Program-made: the position numbers and the translations under genes | IMG/VR virus record: IMGVR_UViG_3300017791_000124 | Span: 1,174 to 65,173 of that record | Direction: 5' to 3' (one strand) | Length of the DNA: 64,000 nt | Source: a virus | Shown: positions 10,360-20,772 of the stretch, one piece after another | Position numbering within the stretch: position 1 is the first letter of the stretch | Layout of the letters: each line of letters opens with the position of its first letter | The notes under the pieces: model-generated | Databases searched by the model: none | Seen by the model: the letters and a program-made list of their open reading frames with translations, nothing else | What the model was told of the DNA's origin: nothing

Positions 10360-11001
10360 ATGGCAGATCGAATCATCAAGGTGCTCGAACCGGCGGCGAG
10401 CTTTGCGCTGCTCACGCTCGACGAGTTGAAGATCATGCTCGGTGTTGCCGACGGCGACGTCAGCAGTGATGCTCAGCTACAGCAAATGATCGATTGGTAT
10501 TCGGCCTATGCGTCGAACGTCGCCAATCGTGTGTTCGCGCGGCAAAAGGTGCGCGAGACTTGGCGCGACATTAACGACCGTCGCGTGTTCCTGTCGCATT
10601 TCCCCGTGAAGGAAGAGGACATCGAGAGCGTCGAGTCACCGCGCGGCACGCTCGTGCCGATCACCGATTACGAGTTCGAGGAAGAGTCCGGCAAGCTCTC
10701 GTTGTTCGGCTCGCGCGCCGAGCCGATCGTCATCACCTACACCGGCGGCTTCGATCTGCCGGACGACGCGCCGGCCGATCTCAAGCACATCACGTCGCTG
10801 TTCGTGCGCCAAGGTCGCACCGAAGCGCAACGCGAGGCCACCGCCGGCATCAAGTCCATCTCGCACAAAGACCAGCGCGTGATGTTTTTCGATCCAAACC
10901 AAGCGGCGGCTGGCGGCGGCTCAAGCAGCGCCGGCGGCGGTGTGGAAGCGCTTCGCGCCGCGCATGCGATGCTCTCGCACTACAGCAGGCTGGAAGTATG
11001 A
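10360..11001 (+). CDS. Head-tail connector (gp6-like)
   Basis: LLTLDELKIMLG..D.QLQ, ITYTGGF...PADLK; position after the head genes. Confidence 0.75.
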   Translation: MADRIIKVLEPAASFALLTLDELKIMLGVADGDVSSDAQLQQMIDWYSAYASNVANRVFARQKVRETWRDINDRRVFLSHFPVKEEDIESVESPRGTLVPITDYEFEEESGKLSLFGSRAEPIVITYTGGFDLPDDAPADLKHITSLFVRQGRTEAQREATAGIKSISHKDQRVMFFDPNQAAAGGGSSSAGGGVEALRAAHAMLSHYSRLEV

Positions 11002-11336
11002 GCTTCGAGATTCTGATCGAGACGTGGGCGATCGAAGAGCGCGTCGAGAAGATGGCGAGCAAGCTGCAGGTCGTGCCGGTGCCGGCCGAACTGACGGCTT
11101 GGCAGACTGACGACATGAACCGAAAAAATCCGATCACCGAGGTGATCAATCCGACAGCCGCCGAGACGCGGATATGGCCGCGCGGGCGCACGACGCGGCA
11201 GCTAAGCGCGCGCCAGCGCATCGTCTCAAGGCGCGTGACGCGGATGCCCGGCAAGCGTCCGATCCTGCGGCCCGAGCTTTTCAACATGCTGCGCGAGCGC
11301 ATGAAGCAAATGATGTCGCGCGAGATTCAATGGTGA
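10998..11336 (+). CDS. Neck/tail completion hypothetical protein
   Basis: Translationally coupled within the neck region. Confidence 0.6.
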   Translation: MSFEILIETWAIEERVEKMASKLQVVPVPAELTAWQTDDMNRKNPITEVINPTAAETRIWPRGRTTRQLSARQRIVSRRVTRMPGKRPILRPELFNMLRERMKQMMSREIQW

Positions 11337-11340
11337 CGCC

Positions 11341-11700
11341 ATGGCGGTGAACATTTCGACGATGGTGAAGCTGCCGAACCAAGATATGTGGTCAGTGCCG
11401 GTCACGGTGAATCCGCTCGCCTCGCAGCCGGGGCAGCCTGCCTATGGTAATCGCGGCATCTTCCTCACCGATGCGGTCGACGTGCAGTTGCTCGACGGTT
11501 CGTTCTTCAGCGATCAGCGGACGATCCTCGATATTCGCGACGCCGAATATGGCGTGGTGCCGGTGCAGGGCGATCGGGTGACTGTTCCCTACGACCAGAA
11601 CGGCGCGCCGGCGGGCGAGTTCGAAGTCGTCGACGCCGATCAGGACGGCGGCGGGCTCACCACGCTGACATTGCGCAAGTACAAAGCACCGTTGCCATGA
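11341..11700 (+). CDS. Head-tail joining protein
   Basis: PVQGDRVTV...FEVVDADQDGGGLTTLTLR pattern. Confidence 0.7.
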   Translation: MAVNISTMVKLPNQDMWSVPVTVNPLASQPGQPAYGNRGIFLTDAVDVQLLDGSFFSDQRTILDIRDAEYGVVPVQGDRVTVPYDQNGAPAGEFEVVDADQDGGGLTTLTLRKYKAPLP

Positions 11701-12344
11701 GCGACGAGATCATAACGACGCAGAGCTACGGCTTGCTGATCCGCGACACGCTGTACGCCAAGGCGGTCACGCTGCCGTTCTTCGCGGGCTTCATATCGCG
11801 CCGCTGCAAGCAACTGCCGTCATATCCGGACGTGCTGCCGTTTCTCGGCGTCTACTTCATCAACGAGCGCGCGACCGCCGACGGAGACGCGTGGGCCGGC
11901 GAGGTGCGCTTCTGGAACGACATGACCGTCGGCTTCTCGGTGATCATCCAGAACAACGATCCGGTGCAAAGCGAATTGAAACTGGATCAAGCCTACTGGG
12001 CGATCATGAACGGTCTACTGCGCGATCAGTACATCTTGAACATGTTCGATACGCGCGCGCCCGGTGGCGCGATCACGTTGCCCGAAGGTGTGGTGATCAA
12101 GGGCATCGGGAGCGGCAATCGAAAGCATGTTTGGGGCAACAGTGGCCAGAACAACGAAACGCCGATCGCCGAACTGGCCTACGAAATGAACGTGCTCTAC
12201 AGCGCCGCCTTCCCGCCGATCATCACCGATGACCTGTTGAGGATTCACGTCGAGACGGTGCCGCTCGCCAGCGACGGCACGATTCCGCCAGCCGACGAAG
12301 TGCAGCGGATCATCAGCGAATACGAGTTTACCCCGGCCGCGTGA
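11697..12344 (+). CDS. Tail terminator-like protein
   Basis: Position directly before the sheath operon; coupled start. Confidence 0.55.
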   Translation: MSDEIITTQSYGLLIRDTLYAKAVTLPFFAGFISRRCKQLPSYPDVLPFLGVYFINERATADGDAWAGEVRFWNDMTVGFSVIIQNNDPVQSELKLDQAYWAIMNGLLRDQYILNMFDTRAPGGAITLPEGVVIKGIGSGNRKHVWGNSGQNNETPIAELAYEMNVLYSAAFPPIITDDLLRIHVETVPLASDGTIPPADEVQRIISEYEFTPAA

Positions 12345-12423
12345 AGGCCAGCCACCGCAACTGACTGCAGCAACGACGATGCACGCCGGCGCTTTTGCCG
12401 GCGCGAACCCGCGTGAGGACATC

Positions 12424-12771
12424 ATGGCAAAGCACGAAGGTGAGAAGAGCTTGCGCGAGCAGCAACTCGATGCGCGCAAGAAGCGAATGGCCGAACTGAA
12501 TCCGCCGGCGCGGAGCGTGCGCGTCACGCCCGCGAACGACGACCTGCGCCGGGTGCTCAAGCATCCGCGCAGCGGCACGAAGTTTCCGGCAAGCGGCTCG
12601 GTCGAATGGCCGCTCGATCAGTTCACCCGCCGCCGCATCAAGGAAGGCGCGGTGACGGTCGAAGAGCGCCAGCAGGAAGGCGAGCGCGGTGCGACCGGCC
12701 GCGAGCGCCGCACCGACGACGCGCGTCGCCAGCCGCCCGGCGCATCACCCGGGTCTGATCCTGCGGCGTAA
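12424..12771 (+). CDS. Small pre-sheath protein (DUF2635/Mu gp38-like)
   Basis: VLKHP...VEWPLDQFTRRRIKEGAV motif typical of the gene preceding Mu-like sheaths. Confidence 0.6.
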   Translation: MAKHEGEKSLREQQLDARKKRMAELNPPARSVRVTPANDDLRRVLKHPRSGTKFPASGSVEWPLDQFTRRRIKEGAVTVEERQQEGERGATGRERRTDDARRQPPGASPGSDPAA

Positions 12772-12810
12772 GGCCAGCCAACATTCACACAGCTTTGAAA
12801 GGATCGCGCC

Positions 12811-14376
12811 ATGCCTATCTCGTTTTCGCAAATCCCCGCTGAAATCAAAGTGCCGCTATATTGGGTTGAAGTCGACCCGAGCAAGGCCGGCTTGCCGGTG
12901 CTCAAGCAGCCCGCGTTGCTGGTTGGCACCAAGATCACCGCAGGCGTCGCACCGCCCGACATTCCGATCGCGATCGGCAGTCAGGCACAGGCCGACGAAG
13001 CGTTCGGACAGGGCTCCGAACTCGCCCGCATGTTCAGGGCGTTCTATGCCAACAACGTGTCGGGCATCGTCTACGGCTTGCCGGTCGCCGAGCCAGTCGC
13101 GTCAGCAGCCGCAACCGGCACCATCACGGTGGCCACGACCGCCACCGAAGCCGGCACGATCCATCTTTACATCGGCGGCACTCACATCCCGGTCAATATC
13201 GGCGCAACCGATACGGTCGATCAGATCGCGACGGCGATCGCGGCGGCGGTCAATGAGAACACCGACTTGCCGGTCACTGCAGCGGCTGCGGCTGCGTTGG
13301 TGACGCTGACCGCCGTCTGGAAGGGCGTCGGCGGCAACGAGGTCGCTGTCGGCGTGAACTACTTCGGCACGATCGGCGGCGAGATTCTGCCGCTCGGTCT
13401 TGATCTAACTCTGCCCGCCACGGGGATGCTCACCGGCGGCACAGGCGTTCCGTCGTTCGACGACGCGATCGATAATCTCGGCGAGCAGGAGTTCGAGTAT
13501 GTGGCGATGCCCTATGCGGACTCGACGTCATTGCTTGCGTGGGAGACCGAATATGGTTTCGCGGATGGTGGTCGTTGGGGTTGGAATCGCCAGCTTTTCG
13601 GCCATGTGTTCTCGGCGCTGCGCGGCACCTATGCCGATCTGATCACGCTCGGCAATTCGCGCAATTCCGGCGTGGTGTCGATACTCGGCTTCGAGGTTGG
13701 CAGCCCGTCGCCTGCGTTCGAATGGGCGGCGGCCTATGCCGGCAAGGCGCAGCGCGCATTGATCAACGATCCGGCGCGCCCGCTGCAGACGTTGTCGCTG
13801 AACTCGCTCAAGCCCGCACCGATGCATCAGCGCTTCGTGTTCGGCGAGTTGAACAGCCTCGCGCTCAACGGCATCGCGATCCAGAAGACCGGATCGGATA
13901 ACCAGCCGATGCTCGCCCGTGAGCAGACGACCTACCAGCGCAATCTCTACGGCATGCCGGATGATGCCTATGAGCTTGTCACCACGCTCGCGACGCTCGC
14001 GCGCGTGCTGCGCAATCAGCGTCACGCCATCACGACGAAGTTTCCGCGTCACAAGCTCGCCAATGACGGCACGCGGTTTGGCCCCGGCCAAGCGATCGTC
14101 ACGCCCGGCATCGCCAAGGCCGAACTGATCGCGCAATACCGCATGGACGAGTTCAACGGGCTGGTCGAGGACACCCGCGCGTTCAAGGCGCATCTCATCG
14201 TCGAGCGTAACCCCAACGATCCGAACCGCCTCGACGTGCTGTACCCGCCCGATCTTATTAATCAGCTTCGCGCGTTCGCGGTGCTGGCGCAGTTTCGTCT
14301 TCAGTATGATCGCGGCATCGACACCGAGATCACTGCCGGCGCGAACATCGGCATCACCGGGCGCTTCGCCGCCTAA
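12811..14376 (+). CDS. Contractile tail sheath protein (Mu gpL-like)
   Basis: ISFSQIP...VPLYWVE, FGQGSELARM, DPARPLQTL, RLDVLYPPDLINQLR. Confidence 0.95.
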   Translation: MPISFSQIPAEIKVPLYWVEVDPSKAGLPVLKQPALLVGTKITAGVAPPDIPIAIGSQAQADEAFGQGSELARMFRAFYANNVSGIVYGLPVAEPVASAAATGTITVATTATEAGTIHLYIGGTHIPVNIGATDTVDQIATAIAAAVNENTDLPVTAAAAAALVTLTAVWKGVGGNEVAVGVNYFGTIGGEILPLGLDLTLPATGMLTGGTGVPSFDDAIDNLGEQEFEYVAMPYADSTSLLAWETEYGFADGGRWGWNRQLFGHVFSALRGTYADLITLGNSRNSGVVSILGFEVGSPSPAFEWAAAYAGKAQRALINDPARPLQTLSLNSLKPAPMHQRFVFGELNSLALNGIAIQKTGSDNQPMLAREQTTYQRNLYGMPDDAYELVTTLATLARVLRNQRHAITTKFPRHKLANDGTRFGPGQAIVTPGIAKAELIAQYRMDEFNGLVEDTRAFKAHLIVERNPNDPNRLDVLYPPDLINQLRAFAVLAQFRLQYDRGIDTEITAGANIGITGRFAA

Positions 14377-14417
14377 TCGCTTCTCAATCTCTTCTCTAGA
14401 AAAATCAGGAGACTGAA

Positions 14418-14783
14418 ATGGCACAGCGCTTCGCTGGCATCGCCTTCGTCATGGTCGATGGCAATCAACTTCCGCTTCGCGGCAACTTCACCGTTTCGCC
14501 AAGCCCGACGGAGCGGACCATGATCGCGGGGCAGGACGGCGTCCACGGCTATCAAGAGCTTCCGCGCGTCCCGTATATCGAGGGCGATATTTCCCTCACG
14601 GCAGATGTCAACCTTGAAGACCTTGACGCCCAGACCGACGTCACGGTGGTCGCCCAGCTTGCCAACGGCAAGCAGTACACGCTCTCAGGCGCGACTTGCA
14701 AAAGCGCGCTGGAGGGCAACACGCGCGACGGGCAAGCGCGCGTGCGTTGGGAAGGTCTGTGGGCTGATGAGATAACGCTATAG
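14418..14783 (+). CDS. Tail tube protein (Mu gpM-like)
   Basis: GQDGVHGYQELP..PYIEG, QLANGK. Confidence 0.9.
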   Translation: MAQRFAGIAFVMVDGNQLPLRGNFTVSPSPTERTMIAGQDGVHGYQELPRVPYIEGDISLTADVNLEDLDAQTDVTVVAQLANGKQYTLSGATCKSALEGNTRDGQARVRWEGLWADEITL

Positions 14784-14793
14784 GAATCCGCCC

Positions 14794-15216
14794 ATGAACA
14801 AGCCAGTGCGTGAAGGCTTCGTCGCCGTCGATGAGCCGGTGGCGAAGCCGGATGATGTGCTCGACATGGAAATGGTGCCGCCCGAGCCGTCGGCGCCGGC
14901 CGAGCCCGAGCCCTATGTCGAGAAGTGGCCGATCAAGGTGAAGCTCATTCACAAGCCGATCCGCGACAACAAGGGCAACGAGTTGAAGGAATTGTTATTC
15001 CGTCAGCCGACCGGCGCGGACATCAATCGCAATGGCTTGCCCGTTCGCATCGACGTTCAAGGCGACGTCCTGATGGACGAGCGCAAGATGACGCTGATGA
15101 TGACCGCGCTCAGCGGCGTGATGACTCCGTTCCTCGAAACGATGGACCCGCGCGACTGGGCATCCTGCGCCTATCGGCTACGCAATTTTTTTCTTCCCGT
15201 TCCGGACGCTTGGTAG
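14794..15216 (+). CDS. Tail assembly chaperone (G)
   Basis: Between tube and tape measure; ELLFRQPTGADI...MDPRDW...NFF. Confidence 0.85.
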   Translation: MNKPVREGFVAVDEPVAKPDDVLDMEMVPPEPSAPAEPEPYVEKWPIKVKLIHKPIRDNKGNELKELLFRQPTGADINRNGLPVRIDVQGDVLMDERKMTLMMTALSGVMTPFLETMDPRDWASCAYRLRNFFLPVPDAW

Positions 15217-15392
15217 GCGACGAGAAGGACTTGATTCTCGACTGCTACCGGCTCGCGCGCGAGTATCACCAATCGCCGGAAGTCTTCCTCAACATGCCGC
15301 TTGATGAGGTGCAGCTTCACTTGAGCCGCACGATCGAGCTTGCCGAGATCAGGCGGCGGCAACAACAAATAGCCGACAGCGACGATGGCTGA
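15186..15392 (+). other. Programmed -1 frameshift (T TTT TTT) giving the GT-type extension of the chaperone
   Basis: AAT TTT TTT at 15184-15192; the -1 frame is open to 15392 (CYRLAREYHQSPEVFLNMPL). Confidence 0.75.
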
Positions 15393-18327
15393 ATTCGAAG
15401 AACTGCGGCTGACAGTCACCCTGATCGACAATGCGTCGACCGGGCTGGCAACGCTGCGCCAGAACTTGCGTGCCTTGGGCGGTCAGGAGAACCGCGAAGC
15501 GCTGGCGCGGATGCAGAAGGAAGTCGAGTCGCTGACCGGGCGCATGGGCAAGGTGCGCGAGGAGACATCGAAGACATCGGCCGCGCTGACATCTTTGGGC
15601 CGCTCGGCTGGCACCGCGCTCACCGGCCTTGCCACGGCGTTCATCAGCAACTTCGCGATCGACAGCCTGAAGAAATTCACCGACGAGGTGATCCGGCTCG
15701 ACACTGCGGCGAAGACGTTCGGCGTCGGCGGCGCCAATCTCAAGGCGCTGGTCGACCAGATGAAGCTAGCGGGCATCGACCCGAACGCTGCCGCGCAAAC
15801 TGTGACGAACTTCCGGACTGCCATTGCCGAATTGAGTCGGCAGGGCAGCCAATTGCGTCAAGACTTGATGAAGGGCGCGGTCAGCGATCCGGCCGCGATG
15901 GCGGCGTTCATCACGCGCATCACCGGCATGGGCAGTCGAGACGACATGGCCGGCGCGTTTAATGAATTTATTACGGCTGCCAATAATGTTTTCGAAAATG
16001 AGCTAAAGCGTACCGGCGACAGGGGTATGGCTGCCGAACTGCGTAATCGCTGGGTCAGTAGCTTCAAACTCGATCCGTCGGTCATCGTTCAACTAGAGGC
16101 CGGCTTCAAAAACGCCACCGATGTTGAAGAAGCGGCGTATAAGCGGCGGCTGCAAATATCGAAGCAGTTCAGCGCTGAAATGAACAAGATGAGTCAGGAC
16201 TGGGAAAAGTTCATCGCGGGAATGCAAGAGGCGTTGGTGCCGTTCATGCAAGAGTGGAATAAAACAACGACGGACATGAGCGCAAGCTGGGGCAAGATTC
16301 TCGGCAACGAAGCCGGCGCGTTTTTACGCGACCTGAAAAAGCTCGCGGAGGAAGCCACCTATTATTATCGGTTGATCACCGATCCGAAGCAGACTCTCAA
16401 GGAAACAATGCATCCGGAATTGCAAAAGAGTCTCGGCTTGGATCCGATGACTGCGGAGCAGGCAGAGAAAAACCGCAAGCACTGGGCAGAGCAATATAAA
16501 GCAGGTCGCACGACGCGCTACGGCGAAGCTGCAGATCGCGCGGCGGCCGGTCTCGATCAACCGAGCGGCGAGCTTGGTCTTCCGTCGGAAGACTTCGACA
16601 GGCTCATGCGGGAGAACGACGAGCGCATTCAGAACATTCCGCCGCCGCGTCGCTTCGATCGCCTCGTCCCCGGCGGGCTGACGACTAGTCAGGACTACGA
16701 TGCGGCGGCAAGGCGGCGCAATCCGATCACGCGCCCGCTTCAAGCGAATCCGATCAGTTATCAGGGCGGCGAGTTCGGCGGCGCGCGCGTGATCAAGGCG
16801 AGCTTCGGCGGTGACGACGAGGGCGAAGGATTCTCGCGCAGCGGTGGCGGCAGTGGCGCGTCGATGTTCAAGAACGCCATTCGAGTCGGTGTGTTCGAGG
16901 GCATGGTCGATTTCAAAAATTATCTGAGCAGCGGCGGCGCTGCCGGTGGCGGCGGTGGCGGCGGCGGCTTCACGCAGGCATCATTCCAGATGCCGGGCGG
17001 TGGAAGTATTCCGAGCAATATCGCGGCACCGGGCGGTGCAGCCAGCTTCGGCAGTCCGGAATTTCCGAACCTTGCTGTCCCGCGCAGTGATGGCGGTCGC
17101 GGCACGCCTATTGGAAGTCGCGTCGGTCCCGGCACAGGGCCGGGCGCGGGCGATACACCCGCAGGCGCCCCGCGTGCTGGCGGTGCCGCTGCCGGTAGCC
17201 GTGCTCAAGAGGCGATCGAGTATTTCAAGAGTCAGGGCTGGTCGCACGAGCAGGCGGCCGGCATTGCGGCGAATCTGCACGCCGAAAGTGGATTTAAGCC
17301 GGGCGCGGTTGGCGATGCCGGCAGGGCGCGAGGCATTGCGCAATGGCATCCGGATCGGCAGCGCGCGATCGAGCGGCAGTTCGGCAAGCCGCTGTCGCAG
17401 ATGTCGTATCAGGAGCAACTCGCCGCCGTTAATTGGGAACTGAACAATGGTGAGAGTCGTGCCGGCGCTGCATTGCGCGGCGCGAAGACGGCGAGCGAAG
17501 CCGGCGCTGCGGTTAGTCGTTATTACGAGCGGCCCGGAAACGTCAGGGGCGAGATGGCGAAGCGCGGCGCGCAAGCCGAGCGTTTTGCCGCGATGCCGCA
17601 GGCACAGTCGCGCGATACGACTGCCGCCCCCAGCGAAGCCAACGCGCCGCAGACGAGCGATACGACTGCCCCCCGCAGCGAGGGCGCTGGCAACGTCATC
17701 GAAGCTCAAAGCCGCGTCGCGGGGATTCGCAAGCTCGCGCTTGATCCGAAACTGAGAGCCGCGCTCGACTATGCGTCAGCGCAAACCGGATTAACCGCGC
17801 GCGTGACGTCAGGCGGGCAAGACCCGCATGGCCCGCGCACGGGCAGCCACCGGCACAACTATGGCAAGGCCGGAGATTTCAACCTGCTCGATGAGAAGGG
17901 CAACGTAGTCTCGCCGGATGATCCGCGTGCATTGGCATTCACCGAGCAAGCGGCGCGCGCTGGTGTGATCGGCGGCGGCGCGGGCTACATGAGCGACCCG
18001 AACAAGATTCACTTGGACATCGCGGGTGGGCGCCGTGGCGAGCGCGGTGCCTATGCGGGATCGCGTGCATTTCGCGGGGCCATGGCGCGCGGCATTGAAG
18101 GGCAAGCAACGTTCGATCGCAGCGTGCTCGATCGCGGCACGAACGAAACCCGCGTCACCGGCACCGGCAAGCTCAGCGTCGACGTGCGCGCGCCACGCGG
18201 CACCAAGGTCGACGCCGAGGGCAAGGGGCTGTTCAAGAAAACCGAGATCGATCGCCAGACCCAGATGGAACCGGCGCAATCCGCGCCGCGCCGTGGTGGT
18301 GGCGATGACGAAACCATAGCGATCTAA
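15385..18327 (+). CDS. Tape measure protein with tail lysozyme and M15-like peptidase domains
   Basis: Helical Ala/Gly-rich N-terminus; QAAGIAANLHAESG...GIAQW lysozyme motif; GSHRHNYGKAGDF...IHLD. Confidence 0.85.
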   Translation: MAEFEELRLTVTLIDNASTGLATLRQNLRALGGQENREALARMQKEVESLTGRMGKVREETSKTSAALTSLGRSAGTALTGLATAFISNFAIDSLKKFTDEVIRLDTAAKTFGVGGANLKALVDQMKLAGIDPNAAAQTVTNFRTAIAELSRQGSQLRQDLMKGAVSDPAAMAAFITRITGMGSRDDMAGAFNEFITAANNVFENELKRTGDRGMAAELRNRWVSSFKLDPSVIVQLEAGFKNATDVEEAAYKRRLQISKQFSAEMNKMSQDWEKFIAGMQEALVPFMQEWNKTTTDMSASWGKILGNEAGAFLRDLKKLAEEATYYYRLITDPKQTLKETMHPELQKSLGLDPMTAEQAEKNRKHWAEQYKAGRTTRYGEAADRAAAGLDQPSGELGLPSEDFDRLMRENDERIQNIPPPRRFDRLVPGGLTTSQDYDAAARRRNPITRPLQANPISYQGGEFGGARVIKASFGGDDEGEGFSRSGGGSGASMFKNAIRVGVFEGMVDFKNYLSSGGAAGGGGGGGGFTQASFQMPGGGSIPSNIAAPGGAASFGSPEFPNLAVPRSDGGRGTPIGSRVGPGTGPGAGDTPAGAPRAGGAAAGSRAQEAIEYFKSQGWSHEQAAGIAANLHAESGFKPGAVGDAGRARGIAQWHPDRQRAIERQFGKPLSQMSYQEQLAAVNWELNNGESRAGAALRGAKTASEAGAAVSRYYERPGNVRGEMAKRGAQAERFAAMPQAQSRDTTAAPSEANAPQTSDTTAPRSEGAGNVIEAQSRVAGIRKLALDPKLRAALDYASAQTGLTARVTSGGQDPHGPRTGSHRHNYGKAGDFNLLDEKGNVVSPDDPRALAFTEQAARAGVIGGGAGYMSDPNKIHLDIAGGRRGERGAYAGSRAFRGAMARGIEGQATFDRSVLDRGTNETRVTGTGKLSVDVRAPRGTKVDAEGKGLFKKTEIDRQTQMEPAQSAPRRGGGDDETIAI

Positions 18328-18329
18328 AG

Positions 18330-18938
18330 ATGAGCACAATCCGCGATCTCGCTTACGACAGAGAAGGCAACATCAAGAGCCCGTGGCGCGCCGATCTGCA
18401 GCCGGCGTCATTTGGCGATGCGTTCTTCTATACGGAAGCGAATGCGATCGAGAACGGCCGACGCATCGTGATGCATGAATTTCCCAAGAAGAACGTTCCC
18501 TATGCCGAAGACATGGGCCGCAAGGCGTTCGAGTTCACCGTGCGCGGCTATTGCATTCAGTATCCGCACGATCGCGTCGGCAACGACGGCTCGCAGCTTC
18601 AGCAACGCGACTACCGCGTTGCGCGCGACATTCTGTCGGCCGCGCTATCGAGCGGTGATCCCAAGCCGCTGCGGCTGCCGACGATGAAGGGCGCGAGCTA
18701 CAACGAGATGATCGTGATGTGTCCGCGCTATCGGCTCACCGAGGAAGATCGTTCCGGCGGCTATTGCACATTCGACATGACGTTCGTCGAGCTTGGCGCG
18801 CCGCCGAAGCAGCCGCAGCCGGACAGCCGCGACGAGGTGATCAAGTATTACGAGGAAATGCGCGATCGCAACGTCGACATCCTTACGCGCGGCGTGCAGC
18901 AGAGCCCGCCGGCTGCTCTCGGTCCCGGTGAAGTCTGA
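18330..18938 (+). CDS. Mu gpN-like DNA circularization protein, N-terminal part
   Basis: WRADLQPASF, GRRIVMHEFP...AEDMGRKA. Confidence 0.85.
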   Translation: MSTIRDLAYDREGNIKSPWRADLQPASFGDAFFYTEANAIENGRRIVMHEFPKKNVPYAEDMGRKAFEFTVRGYCIQYPHDRVGNDGSQLQQRDYRVARDILSAALSSGDPKPLRLPTMKGASYNEMIVMCPRYRLTEEDRSGGYCTFDMTFVELGAPPKQPQPDSRDEVIKYYEEMRDRNVDILTRGVQQSPPAALGPGEV

Positions 18939-19606
18939 TGCTCAAGATCGACGCCGAGGAAGCCAAGCCGATCGTGCGGCGCGCGATGGAAAACCTGATG
19001 CTGACGGTCAAGCATCTTGGCCGTGCCGGCTCAGACGTTCGCACTGCGGTGGGCGATCTGTTGGCGCATCTGGATGAGCTATTGCTGAACGATGCGATCG
19101 GGCAGCCGCTCGACAACTGCTTCGATCTGGCGCGCAAGTCCGGTGCCACGATCGACGGCATTGCCACCACGCGAATTGCTGTCGTCGCCGAGACGCCACG
19201 CACGCAGGGTGCCATGCTGATCAAGAACGCGCTGATCGTTTTCTGCCTTGCCACGAACTCGCGCATCACCGTCGACATGACGTTCACAAGCCGGGACGAT
19301 GTCACGCGCTTAAAGGAACGGATCAGCAAGGCGTTCTTCGACATGGAAGAGATTGCCGCCGATACGATGGACATCGCGAGCTATCGCGCGCTGGTGCGCC
19401 TGCATGCCGCTCTCTCGCACTATCTGATCGAAACCGCACGGCCGCTGCCGCGCATGCTCGCCTTTCGCTTCGCCGCACCGCTCGCAACATTGGTTGCTGC
19501 GCATCGGCTCTATGATGACGCCGGCCGGGCTGACGAACTGCGTGATGAAAACAAGGTGGTGCATCCGGCGTTCATGCGGCAAGAGGGGCGAGCCTTGTCG
19601 GCATGA
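18938..19606 (+). CDS. Mu gpN-like C-terminal part / baseplate protein
   Basis: LVAAHRLYDDAGRADELRDENKVVHPAFM. Confidence 0.75.
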   Translation: MLKIDAEEAKPIVRRAMENLMLTVKHLGRAGSDVRTAVGDLLAHLDELLLNDAIGQPLDNCFDLARKSGATIDGIATTRIAVVAETPRTQGAMLIKNALIVFCLATNSRITVDMTFTSRDDVTRLKERISKAFFDMEEIAADTMDIASYRALVRLHAALSHYLIETARPLPRMLAFRFAAPLATLVAAHRLYDDAGRADELRDENKVVHPAFMRQEGRALSA

Positions 19607-20766
19607 CGATCAAGCCAGAAGAAACATGCACGATCGTCGTGCGCGGCTCGCGGTTTTACGATTGGGAATCGGTGTTCGTGCAGCACCGCTGGACCGAAGC
19701 CTTTCCGCTGTTCCGCTTCACCGCAGCCGAGCGCGATCGTCCGGCGACGCTGTGGGAAAAGCTGCAATTCCAGCCGGGCGACGAATGCGCCATCTATCTC
19801 GGCGGCATCCTCGCGATCTCCGGTGTGATCCTGTTGCGGCAGGCGTCCTATGACGCGAACGCGCACGGCGTCATGCTGCAGGGCGTCGGCATGACTTGGT
19901 ATGCGACGCGCGGCAGCATCATCGACGAGAAGGGCAACTTTGACGGCCAGACGTTCGAACAGGTGGCGCGCAAGGTGATCGCGCCGTTCGGTGTCGGCGT
20001 GAAGACGATTGGCACGCTGAACGCGACGCCGTTCGAGAAGCTGCAAGTCGAGCCCGGCGAGAACCTGTGGAATTTTCTGGAACGCATCGCGCGCCCGCGC
20101 GGGATCGTGATGGGCAGCGATCATCTCGGCAACCTGTTGCTGATCGACAATCATTCGTCACTGGTTTCGGCCGAGCTTGTCGAGGGCGACAACATCCTGA
20201 AGTGTCAGGCGACGATCTCGAAGGAAGCGATGTTCTCCGACTACATCGTGCGCGGGCAGACGCCGGCGAGCGATGATCAATACGGCCGGCAGGCGAGCGA
20301 ACAGGAAGCGCGCATCAAGGGTAGCGCCAAGCGCTACAGCCCGATCCTGACGCCGGCCGAACAGCCGGTGAAGAACCTCGCCGAGCTTGCCGATCGCGCC
20401 AAGAACGAATCGGTCTGGCACGAGGGCACCGAGATACGCGCCAGCATCACAGTGCAGGGGTGGATGATGCCGGGCGGTGGGTTGTGGCGCGCCGGTGATC
20501 TGATCGCAGTGCAGTCGCCGATGGCAATGCTCAACATGGGGCTGAAGATCGACACCGCGACATTCACGCAGGACAGCACCAGCGGCACGCTGACGACGCT
20601 CGAACTGGTGGCGCCGTGGCTGCTCAAGGACAGGGGCGACATGAACGTTGGTCGTCCCGGTGTGCCGCAAGCGCCCGGCGATGCGAAGTCGAACACGGAG
20701 GCGCCGGTCACGCCGGCGGCGGCCAAAGTCGCCGAACCATATCCCGAGCAACTCAGCAGCGCGTGA
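19603..20766 (+). CDS. Baseplate hub (Mu gpP/gp44-like)
   Basis: QVEPGENLWNFLERIAR, FSDYIVRGQ, TVQGW...LWR. Confidence 0.88.
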   Translation: MTIKPEETCTIVVRGSRFYDWESVFVQHRWTEAFPLFRFTAAERDRPATLWEKLQFQPGDECAIYLGGILAISGVILLRQASYDANAHGVMLQGVGMTWYATRGSIIDEKGNFDGQTFEQVARKVIAPFGVGVKTIGTLNATPFEKLQVEPGENLWNFLERIARPRGIVMGSDHLGNLLLIDNHSSLVSAELVEGDNILKCQATISKEAMFSDYIVRGQTPASDDQYGRQASEQEARIKGSAKRYSPILTPAEQPVKNLAELADRAKNESVWHEGTEIRASITVQGWMMPGGGLWRAGDLIAVQSPMAMLNMGLKIDTATFTQDSTSGTLTTLELVAPWLLKDRGDMNVGRPGVPQAPGDAKSNTEAPVTPAAAKVAEPYPEQLSSA

Positions 20767-20772
20767 GAAACC

